64,000 nucleotides of DNA from the NCBI GenBank assembly GCA_012026655.1, contig JAAILG010000675.1:1-64000 (forward strand), given 5' to 3'. Made by a program: the position numbers and the translations under genes. The stretch is from Hydrolagus affinis (Eukaryota). The notes beneath the pieces were generated by a model. It saw only the letters and a program-made list of their open reading frames with translations. It made no database searches and had not been told where the DNA came from. Each line of letters opens with the position of its first letter. The stretch's first letter is position 1. Shown here in pieces: positions 52,758 to 64,000 of the stretch.

Positions 52758-53048
52758 TAGAATAATAGCATATGGATCACGTTGCATCAAGTTAAAGGTT
52801 TGAGATGTTTTGAACTGCACAACCTAGCTGAGATTTACTTTTTGACCTCTTCATAACCCACTGAAGTTGCACTGTTGTAATAAAATGAATCAACAGTGTA
52901 TATTTGACAGGGACAGAGAAAATCCATTTTGAAAGCATGGATTCCACTTGGAGCTAAGAGAGGCACAGTTCAAGTGATAGAAATTGTTTACAATGTGGAA
53001 TCCTTAGTTTTAACAGGTCAAATTGCCGGTGAATTGTATCTGCTCTAA

Positions 53049-53405
<357 letters not shown>

Positions 53406-53898
53406 TAATGTTCAATCACCATACATGGTTTGGTATTGTAACACATTGGGGTCCAATTTGCGATACTATATTTGCAAACAATTGATTGCACTTTCAGAAA
53501 GCTGTCAATGTGTGAAAATCACCTTGACAGAGAAAACATCCTAAATAACCCTTTCCTGACAACCTTCTCAATTGATACACTGGGAAGCTGGCCAGGCAAG
53601 GGACATTTGGCTTATAAGGTACCGGCTTTATTCTGATGTCTTAAGTCAAAATGCTCAGCCATTAATGGTCAGTGTGATGGGCTTCCTGGTGATGCTGCTG
53701 GAAAAGTGATGGGTGTCTATCTGAATCATACCCAGGGTGCAGTCAATGTGTCAATAAGCTGCCAAAATCAATGCATGTGTCGCTGAAATCCGTCCCAGTG
53801 TCGCAATATTTCCCCCCTGCGTTTCTGTCCATTTATTAAATATTTGCAAAAGCCTTCGCTGCTCAGTCAAACTGCAGACATTTCTTTTATTCTGTTAA

Positions 53899-54105
<207 letters not shown>

Positions 54106-54437
54106 TAACTAAGGACAAACTGAACAATGAAGTCACTCAAAAAAAAGTGTATATTTTGATCTTCAATAGTGAATAAAACTAGCAGTTGTTGATGGTGTGC
54201 AACAGTTACATTTGCAATGAAAGCCACAGAGATTTCTACACATGATGTTCTTTAAAATGGAAAATCCTAGATGGTTAAAAAGTAGTATTTATCTGAAATA
54301 GAAATTTGCGATCATATCTTTGAAGTGTTACAAACTTGCTGTATTATTTTAACTTACTTAATATCACGGCTAATAAGTTATTTAAATATTACTGTCTTTA
54401 CCAGTTCAGGGAAGTTTTTAATGATTCTTTGCTTTAA

Positions 54438-54596
<159 letters not shown>

Positions 54597-55462
54597 TGAA
54601 GTATTCCAAAATGTATGTTATATACCATGCCTACTATGACAACCACTCATAGAATAGATTTCACATAGGATAGTACCCCAAAGCACTTTATAAAGATGCA
54701 GTGAAAGCTCAAGTAAATTGAGAGATATTGGGGATAGGAAGGAGGTGAACAAAATCTACTGTCGGAGAGAAGCTCTCAGAAAGCAGTATTGAAGCAAACA
54801 GAGAGGGTATGAGATAGAGGGATCTTGAAAGTAAGTTCCCGAGGATTGGGCAATGTGGCTGAAAATTCACCTGCTATTGCCAGGATGGGTGACGTGCAGC
54901 AAGCCAGAGTTAGCAGAGCGGAGGATATGTGTATGGGACTGTAGGAGATCACAGAGGTAAGGTGGAATAAGGATTTGCAGGCATTTTAAATGTTACCAGT
55001 GCTTGCTTTCTCATCACTCTTTCCTTCTATTTTATCTCCTTCCTTGTTCACACACTCTTTGCCTCTTTCTAAGTATTTTTCTGTAAAGTGCTCAGAGATA
55101 TTATTCTATGTGAAGGGATTTATAAGAAGTAAAAATTGTTGTTGAATGTTTCAAGAACATTTGCGTGAGGTTCCAGATATTTATACCAATCATTTAAGAT
55201 CCAGGAGTGAAGCACTTGTCCTTAAGGTGTACAGTCCAAGGTTGTTGAAGTCAAGTCACTGGAGATCTTCATGCTCCTACACCATGATTAACATGACAAC
55301 TGTGAGAAAAAGATTCCCTCCCTCCCACTCCCAAAAAGTGCTCTGGGACGCTACCCTGGGTGAAGGGCACTATGTAAATACAAGTTGCTGTTGTTGTAGT
55401 TCCTTCATTTCTGGTTTGCCATCGTACCCTGCATTTCTGGAGTCTCTATCGTTGTCAGATGA

Positions 55463-55699
<237 letters not shown>

Positions 55700-55974
55700 T
55701 GAAACATTATCTTGTGTGATGGACGTTATATGAATACAAGTTGTTGTCAAGATCTTGTTATGTAGTTTGTGTGGCTTAGTGAGTAAAGGCAGTGCCTGAG
55801 CCAGAACAAAACAGAAGGGTTAGATCAGTGGTGTGTTTTGAGTTAGCTGATGGTGATAATGATAATAATTCTTGCACTTAACGCAACCATTCTCATTGGG
55901 GGAATATCTCAAAGCTCTTCACTGGATTTACTGTGACAGTGTGTTTGTCAGTGAATGCAGTAGCTAATTTACAA

Positions 55975-56420
55975 GAACAACAAAGTTATACTTGTATTGC
56001 GCCTTTCACGTCAGTAGGACGTCCCAAGGCGCTGGACAGTCACTGCTTCAGACCCGAGCTGAGGACGGGGTGGGAGGTCACGGATCTAGGGTGAGGCGAG
56101 GTTGTGGAAGGCTTTAAATGTGAGGACCAAGATCTTGAATTGGATCCTCTGATGATGGGGAGCCAATGGAGTCAGGCGACGATGGAAAGATGGGATCACA
56201 TAGTTTGGAATGGTAGAGGACACGGGCCGCAGAGTTTGGATTATCTGCAGCCTGTGGAGGGAGGAATTGGGAAGGCCAACAAGCAGGGCATTTGCATAGT
56301 CAAGCCGGGATGTAATGAAGGCGTGAATGAGGGTTTCAGCGGCCTTGGGGGGTGAGGTAGTGGCGGAGTCGGGCAATGTTTCGGAGATAGGGAAAGGCAG
56401 AGCGAGTCGTTGCTTAGATG
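55975..56420 (-). mobile_element. L2 LINE 3' fragment
   Basis: Minus-strand ORF AAETLIHAFITSRLDYANALLVGLP...RIQFKILVLTFKA is the diagnostic L2 ORF2 C-terminus. Confidence 0.92.
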
Positions 56421-57172
56421 TGGGGGAGGAAAGACAGTTGAGACTTACACAAAGCAATGTCCCTTAAACAGTGATGAAATGAATTACCTTTCTCTTAACG
56501 CCCAGCAATCTCTTAAGGAAACTTCAGTAAGAGCGCTACATTTTTCCTTGATGTTCCTCGCCTGGGGAGAGCAAAGATCAGTCAGGAATTCTCATTGCTG
56601 GTTGCTGACCCAATTCCAAACTGCACATCAAGGAATTTGGTTAGAATAAAATCAGTGATGATCTCCATGATTGAAAATCCAACGGCACTTACTGTACAGG
56701 ATCACAAGTGAACAATAGATATTTTCATAAGGCAGTGGAGGGCAGCTATACATGGGAACTGACTCCAAAATGATTCAGACAGTTCTTTTTACCTTCCCCA
56801 AAAGGTGACTGTCGTGTATCAGCCCAAATACTACTCTCTGATGATGAGGTGTAACTATTGATTAAAGTTAGCTCACACCTTGTATCGGTTAGTTTTCAAG
56901 CACCCTGGGTTGGTATCCTGTGTGAGACGCGTTATGCAAATACAGATTGTTGTTGTAGATCTAAAATTGATTTGTAGATTTAACCTGGTCACACCACTTT
57001 ATATTAGCACTAATTAATCATACAAGTTGTATTGGTACAACCTGAGTCTTAGTGAGACTTTGTGAACCAACACAAATCTGCTGTGTAACTGGACTATAAG
57101 CGTGACAAAAATATTATTATTGATCAAATTAGAAGAAGGCCTAAATTAAGAATTGATTTCCTTTTCTTTTAG

Positions 57173-57233
57173 TGTGTTTCCGGTGACAGGCAGCATATCA
57201 CCACCAAACAGACCTGGCACTGCCAAGCGGAAG
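57173..57233 (+). CDS. MYRFL: MYRFL exon 15
   Basis: SVFPVTGSISPPNRPGTAKRK. Strong acceptor and AAG|GTATGT donor, phase 2/0. Confidence 0.85.
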
Positions 57234-57359
57234 GTATGTGATTGAGAAAAGGATAGTTTAATGTGAAGTCAGTTTTGTCAATGTCATCTCATGTTGACAA
57301 CAGTTCTGTATTTTTCGCAGAATAATTTTTAAACATCTCCATTACCTGAAATCTTACTA

Positions 57360-57719
57360 CAGTAAAAGCCTGTTTATCCGGCACCCTCCGGTGGGGGAGC
57401 AACTCATTAACTGTGCCAGATAATCGGGCAGCAAGTTGCCAAAAACCCAACACAAAAAAGTACTTATTTTAAAACATAACATGTTAATAATATACTAAAT
57501 AGTAACAGATTATTGTATGGATACTTACCAATAAAGATTCCAGCACACTCAGTAAAATGATTAAAAACCCCGAGTTGGTAAGTTTAATAAGTGCACATGT
57601 GCATGCATTGCACGCATGCGCAAAGTGAGCATACTCGCAATTGCTGGAATGGGGAATTGTCCCGGGGGGGTGGTTGCGCAATCCGGTTGATTGGGTCATG
57701 GATAAATGGGCTTTTACTG
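57360..57719. mobile_element. Tigger-like MITE
   Basis: TA|CAGTAAAAGCCTGTTTATCC ... GGATAAATGGGCTTTTACTG|TA. Confidence 0.85.
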
Positions 57720-58390
57720 TATATAGTTAAGCATTTCCCTCACCATTCATTGTCATTTTTCATTACCAATTTAGGCCCAGCTGGGTGAGGTTCCTCAGCC
57801 CTGGATTACTTGGGTTGCCTGCCCTGTGAGTGTCTGTACGAAGTCCAATAAATATCAATGGATTTATTTTTCTGATTCACCATGTCTTTAAGTATTCTTT
57901 CTCTTCACCTTGTTGTCTGGCTAAGAGTACTGCTGTCTGCTCCTAGGGCCTTTTCTGTGCTGAGTGTAAGGAAATGCCAGAAAACAGTCCAGAGAAATGA
58001 ATGGTTGAACCTCTCACTCCCCATACTCTTCATGTTCCTTCCCTGCAACAACTTGCCTCCTGTGTATAAACTGCAATGATATTGGGTTTCATGTTATTTT
58101 TGCTGGATGTTAGCCTGCACAGGATATGTTAAGTAGCTTGCTCAACAAGTGTCTGATGTATGATTTTGCATGGTATTGTGCTCACCAACATAACCTACTA
58201 GAAACCTCGAGCAGTGTCATGGCCTTAAGTCTTTCCAGAGCTCCTCAACTGCTCATAACATCAGAATGTTGACTACAATAGAGATTTATATTTATCTAGT
58301 GGCTTTCACATCAGGAGGATGTCCCATTGCATTTAAAGTGATTAACAACATTGAGTTTCAGAAATGTTTTTTTTATTGTCCTACTTTTAG

Positions 58391-58479
58391 GCCTCGGTTA
58401 TCCAGAGGAAACGAGCCTGGTCTCTGCGAAAGCTTTTCCATGCTGTAACCATGACATTACTCACTCTCATGGCATTCTG
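58391..58479 (+). CDS. MYRFL: MYRFL exon 16 (first half of TM helix)
   Basis: ASVIQRKRAWSLRKLFHAVTMTLLTLMAFC. Confidence 0.88.
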
Positions 58480-59317
58480 GTATGCATAGATATAAAATAT
58501 GTAGTTTTTTTTCTTTCTGGTTAGGAATCGCTAGTTAGGCAAAATAGTTTAGTGTAAGTTAATTTCTAATAAATGTATACATTGTTAATTTATAGTCTTA
58601 TGGATCACTTTTTACCATCTAAAATTGCAATTTGTTACTTCGAAAATTAGCAAACTTCCAAATTCTCCTCTGTCGGTATAAACATTGTCCAAATATGTTG
58701 CAAATCCCTTTCAACAGCTAAAATGTTAGAATACCATTGGTGAACCAGCAGACCACAGCTAACAGTTGGCCACTTGGGAAACAAATTCCTACATTACATG
58801 AAGGAGATAATCATCCCTCAGACAGTGACAGCTTCTTGCATAAACAGGGCCATCGAGAACATGTTATGGTTATCTCTAGACAAAATATTCATTTTTTAAA
58901 AGACATTCATTGAGTGAAGCAGAGATGAGATCTGTTGTATTTTTGTTATGATTGTTTTGATAAACCTGCAGAAATTTGGATTGTCCTGCCCACAATTACA
59001 GGAATGTACGTACACAAGCAACAAGCCAGTTCTTCTTGCTTGATCTCCCAGTGGCAAAACTAGTTTACTTGCATGGATTTCGGAGAAATTCATTGGTGCC
59101 ACCCGTTAAAAGTATTCTGCCTCCATCTGTGCACACGTCATAGTAAAAACATGTTAATTGCCTATTGAACGTGGAGAAAATGGTCCTGTGGCCTTTTACT
59201 AACCGCAGCCCAGACCTATATCCTCTCTATAAGATATTTCCTGGTCTTTCGTGTACATCTGGTTTTCTGCATTTCTAGCAGTTGTTCTATTTAAATGAAA
59301 CAATAAAAAAAAAAAAA

Positions 59318-59960
59318 ATCTTTGCATTTGATATAGCACTTTTCACGTCTTCTAGACATCACAATACGCTTCACAGAATATATTGTAAAGTGAATTGACT
59401 GCATATTTGTGGGTGAAACTCGACAGCCAATTGCACACAGCAGTGTCCCACAAACAGTCATGGATTGAAATGACAATTTTTTTTGAGGGATTATTGGTTA
59501 AATAGTAGATTTAACAATGCAGTTCCATGAACCACATTTAACTCTGTTTTTAACAATAGAACAATTTAAAATACCAGCATGTTGAAAAGGATTATTATTT
59601 GAAAGCCTTCATTTGCTGCTCAGAGAACTTATTGCATGTAAATGTCGAGGCTTTGCTAATCCCGTATCAACTTGTCCACTTGCTCCGCTCAGCCTACCAT
59701 TGGCGAGCAGATCTTCTACCACTGCACCCACCCTCTGTAATTCCATCCCACAGTCGCTCCACCTACCCCACTCCCTTGCCTTGTTCAAGACCCGACTCAA
59801 GACACTCCTCTTTGACCATGCCATCGGTCACCTTCCTTTCCCACAACCCTCCCCAATTGTGAGCCCCAGCTCGGGTCCGAAACACTGATTGTCCAGCTCC
59901 TTGGGACGTCCTCTCAACGTGAAAGATGCTATACAAATGTAATGTGTTGTTGTCATTGTT
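59318..59960. mobile_element. Partial SINE (minus, 59318-59495) and L2 3' fragment (plus, about 59640-59960)
   Basis: SINE core. L2 remnant APTLCNSIPQSL...FKTRLKTLLF with tail. Confidence 0.75.
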
Positions 59961-59998
59961 TACTGCATGAAAAATAACATATACCTTTTTAATGGCAG

Positions 59999-60073
59999 TG
60001 TTATGTTGATGTCTTCACTTTACATACTATCCTTGAGTGAAAAGATCGATGGTATTCAAAACCCCAATAACAG
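59999..60073 (+). CDS. MYRFL: MYRFL exon 17 (second half of TM helix)
   Basis: CVMLMSSLYILSLSEKIDGIQNPNNS, containing the LYILSL motif. Phase 2/2. Confidence 0.88.
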
Positions 60074-61030
60074 GTGAAAAGGCTTTGTCAAATGTTTTGT
60101 GAAATAGAATTTCTGCTGTACTCCATAGAGTGTGTGAAGTTTTGTCTGTTTTCTGATAGTTTAATGGCTGGGGCTTTCAACACAATTTTTTTTTTTTTTT
60201 ACCAACATCCTCCTCTCCTGTCATTGCAAATAGTTCTGGTTAATCCTGCAAGCCACAGCCCTTTTGGATAGGGTGTTCCACAGTGGCCAAGCAGAAGGAA
60301 ACCTTGCCAGTCAGCAATATCGATGGCAAGTTACGTGGCTTTAGCTGGTTAGATACCAACAGTACCCCAACGTACATTCTTGGGTCCCCAAGGCTTGGCT
60401 CTTGCTAACACGTGCAAATACTTTCCAGAATCAGATAAGCAGGATGCATCCTTCCGAAAACACAGTCCACATCCCATTCCAACAATCTATCTCTGGGATT
60501 TCCATGTTTACGTGGGATGCATGGTGTTCTTAGTTTGATTTGGAAACTCTGAAGCATGTGGTGGGTTTTGTGCATGCGGCAGACTCCCGGATGACCAAAA
60601 AACAAAAGGATAAGTGCCAATTCTTCATGTATGCGTCCAGATAACATTTTGACTCTGGATCCCTTTCTCACCTGACATCTATTCCTGACGTGCATGTTCT
60701 AGCCTGAGTGAAGTGAATAAATATTAGCGGGAGGGACCCTGGTTGATGTTTACTCCAGGAAGATTGAGGCAAGCCACATTCAAGTGCTGACCTGGGTCAG
60801 ATCAGCTGACTCAGGGGCAATTGTGGACTGTGCCTTCAATCCACTGTCCTGGTCTGTGTGACTTGTTGTTACACCATGCAGCGCCTTCATCCAATTGTGT
60901 AATTTGGGGAACATTTATTTTATTTTTAATAAACAACTGTTAATTTTCAGGTTTATTTTCTTTGAAGCAAAATCAAATCATGAAAACATTTTTACAAATG
61001 CTTCACATTAGCAACTCTGTTCTGTTATAG

Positions 61031-61092
61031 CTCTACTCCAGGTCCCCTTACAACAGGATATACCACTTTCTCTCCACACACAACATTATCAG
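61031..61092 (+). CDS. MYRFL: MYRFL exon 18 (Ser/Thr-rich luminal linker)
   Basis: STPGPLTTGYTTFSPHTTLS. Phases fit. Confidence 0.8.
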
Positions 61093-61192
61093 GTAAAGGA
61101 AGAGTTATTTCAGTTTACTGAGCATAGTAACTGTTTGATATCTGCTACTCTTTGCCGTCATTTACATTCACTGAAACCATTTTATTCTGCAG

Positions 61193-61393
61193 CAGAGAAT
61201 TCAAGTTCACTTTATACAACAGCAGTTGGTGGTACCGGTGTCCCTGAAATAAGCTTCTGTGATATCCTGCCTTGTGTCAACATACAGTGTTGTCTGCCTC
61301 AATCACAAAGAAAAACCCTTCCTAGTCACCACAGGAAGTCGAATATAATTGAAGATCAGCCTTCAATTGAAGGGCAAATAGTTTTGCAGCACG
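61193..61393 (+). CDS. MYRFL: MYRFL exon 19
   Basis: ...VPEISFCDILPCVNIQCCLP..., the conserved Cys motif. CAGCAG tandem acceptor, donor G|GTAAGC. Confidence 0.88.
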
Positions 61394-62898
61394 GTAAGCC
61401 TTTAGGAGTAGTAGCTGATTTTGCATGGCTAACTATTTTAGCTCCTAATGTAATTTGTGATATTTTCTCTGCCCAGAGAGGTATAACCAGTGGGAGGTGT
61501 TTTGTTGCAATTTCATTGCAGTGGTTCTCATAAGCAATACCAGCTGATGCATTTCAAAGTGCACTATATGATAAAACATTATCTACTCATGTTGCATCAC
61601 AGAGATCTCTTCAGTCACTTGGCTATCAAAAGTTATTGACACCACTTATCTCTGCCCTTCCCACTTACTTGAGTAATCCTTACTTAAGGAAAGCACCTCA
61701 GCAATTCGATAGCTTGCACTCTGGAATTTTACCGATTGGATAAGATCAATTCTGGTTGTTGCAAATATGATAAACAGATTGATGTTGTTGATATGTTCCA
61801 TATCAGCACCGCACTGAAGGCAAGAGCAAAGCTCGAATGGTTTATTGTCACATACCCAACAACAACAAATTCAACTACAAATTACATTTGTATTGCACCT
61901 TTCACGTCAGGAGGATGTTCCAAGGCGCTGGACAGTCAGGGATCCGCACCTGAGCTGGTGGTTGGGATCAACTAATAATCATTAATTAATATCTTGCTGT
62001 TTCAGCTTGGTTACTAATAAGATACCCATATTTTAAGGATTTCTTTCTGTGCTTTCTATTTATGTAGCAGGGAAAGTCTGTAGATAACAAAAGCTAAGCA
62101 CCTGAAAAAGGGGGACATGTTCACGTTCATTCTAGTTAATAAAAGATGGACTAGTAAAACCCTTTGAAGAAGAGTTGTGGACCCGAAACGTTAACTCACT
62201 TTCCTTTCTCCATGGTTGCTGCCTGACCTGCTGAGTTTTCCCAGCTCTCTGTTGTGGTTTTAGTGAAGCCCTTATATGGGTTAGAGGAGAAGGAAACACA
62301 TTAGGGTGAAGTCAAAATATGATCACATACAACACATCTTATTGTCAACAACCACAACAAAATGACACTAGTATAGCGCCTTTCACGTCAGGAGGACGTC
62401 CCATTGTCAGGACTCTGAACTCACAGTTTCGGCTGAAACTCCAATGTAGTGCTGAGGGAGTGCTACTTTGTTGGAGGAACCGACATTCAATGGAGATATC
62501 TGATTGTTCATGTTCTCCTTTAAAGATGCCATGGCACCATTCAAAAAACAAAAATAGTTTCCCCCTTTCCCTTGGCCACATATAACAGTCATCCAGATAA
62601 AATTGGTCATTCACTTCATGGCTGTTCATGGGACCTTGCTGTGTGCAAATTAGCTACATCATTCACTGGCAAAATACAATTACTAGACTTTACAGTAATT
62701 CCTATGAAGCAATTCTTTGTCCCAATGTGAAAGGGGCTATAGCAAATTGCAAGGATTATTATTAGTTATTATTAACAATGAAGTAGCTGGGATGATAAAA
62801 TAACTCATCCTTGTATAAAAACTGCCTACAATTGGTTTAATACAGTTTCATTCTGTACATTTTCGAAGCTGCTATTCAGATATTAAATTCTCTTTCAG

Positions 62899-62949
62899 AG
62901 ATTAGAGATACACACATATCAAATATGAAGTCAAGATTACAACGTGACT
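62899..62949 (+). CDS. MYRFL: MYRFL exon 20
   Basis: EIRDTHISNMKSRLQRD. Phase 1/1; supplies the T of the conserved Trp codon in exon 21. Confidence 0.8.
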
Positions 62950-63266
62950 GTAAGTACAGTTTTTATGCTGTGACCTTGATAAGAAATTGACTTATTCTGG
63001 TATTTTTTGGAGCTTGCTTTAAAAATGTTAAAATTCTATCTTATATTCCTCTGTTAATTATGAAGTTTCAATAGATCAAATGAAAGGATTTTTTTAAGAT
63101 CCAACTGTTATTATTCAAGTACAGCTGTAAATTGGGGGTTGTATAGATTTAGAACCACAGACTTGCAATGAAAACATAATGCTGTGTAAATTGTTTGGGT
63201 TTTAAAAGATTGGTTTATTAGAATATTGTCTAAGCACTGATTTTAATTTCTTTTTGGTATCAATAG

Positions 63267-63354
63267 GGTTTGATACGTCTGTAAGATTAATACAGATTAT
63301 GGAAACTCAGCAAGTTATCGACCAGCGTTATTGCATGAACACCAGGCACCGTGG
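63267..63354 (+). CDS. MYRFL: MYRFL exon 21 (luminal C-terminal domain; gene continues past the window)
   Basis: WFDTSVRLIQIMETQQVIDQRYCMNTRHRG. Donor GG|GTTAGT; no stop reached. Confidence 0.9.
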
Positions 63355-63505
63355 GTTAGTTAATTTGAACATCACTAACAAAATAGTTCATTTGAAAATC
63401 AGAGGTTTCCATAAGCATCTCTACTTTGATTTTATTGTATCAAAAGTAATTTTCTAATTTATAGTTTCATCTTGGAAAGTGATCAGTTGATGTGTTAATA
63501 TAAAT

Positions 63506-63846
63506 ATTATAATAATGTTTGCATTTTGATATAATGCTTTTCACGTCTTCTAGACATCTCAAAGAGCTTCACAGAATATACTGTAAAGTGAACAGACTGA
63601 ATATTTCTTGGCAAATCATGGCATCTTTGTGGGTGAAATGCGGCAGCCAATTGCGCACAGCAGAGTCCCACAAACAGTCGTGGATTGAAAATGACCACTT
63701 TATTTTGGGTTTTTTGGGACAGATTATTATTAGGTGTGTGGAGTAAGGAAACTTGCCCAAGTTTTCGCTCTGACCTGCCTGGATTCGAAACACAGGTCTC
63801 ACTTTTGTAAGGCGAGCGCTCTAACCACTGAGCTGCAGGACTCCAC
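63506..63846 (-). mobile_element. tRNA/Deu SINE, full length
   Basis: Matches the family consensus, with a short internal insertion. Confidence 0.88.
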
Positions 63847-64000
63847 TCTATGTTAGAGATTGTTTGTAGCATTGATCCGTAGTTTACACACAATTAATTG
63901 CCAATTTTGGATCCACATTAGGCCTTCATATTGTACCATGGTGTTCTCATGAAGTCATATAACCTTTATACTGCATTGCATTTTATAATTACAGTACATA

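Noticed and set aside
56086-56457. 123-aa minus-strand ORF
   Set aside because: Frameshifted L2 ORF2 remnant, not a host gene.
60250-60720. Moderately GC-rich intronic block with a 96-aa minus-strand ORF
   Set aside because: No motif recognised and no splice structure. Probably an old, unclassified repeat.

Overview
AT-rich, intron-rich vertebrate genomic DNA. The repeat content (tRNA-headed Deu-domain SINEs with L2 tails, L2, CR1 and Penelope-like ends) points to a cartilaginous fish, probably a holocephalan; this is inference. Two tandem + strand genes were rebuilt by hand from splice sites and phases. (1) RAB3IP (Rabin8, Rab8 GEF) is complete: CpG-island/NRF1 promoter near 3.1 kb, non-coding exon 1 ending at 3452, and 10 coding exons from 14838 to 35095 (458 aa). 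(2) MYRFL is 3'-truncated: 21 coding exons from 39752 to 63354 (798 codons), with an NDT80-type DNA-binding domain, an autocleaving ICA domain with an intact Ser-Lys dyad, a TM segment and the start of the luminal domain. The most notable unexplained signals are in RAB3IP intron 8: a frame-preserving 24-nt microexon, a phase-matched candidate alternative last exon that would give a tail-anchored Rabin8, and an inverted-repeat hairpin just upstream of the canonical exon 9. Other observations include a conserved-looking in-frame N-terminal extension plus an overlapping uORF in RAB3IP, a KKRK-to-KKCK NLS change in MYRFL, and several nested or unusual transposon structures. Orthologue comparisons are from memory; no searches were run.
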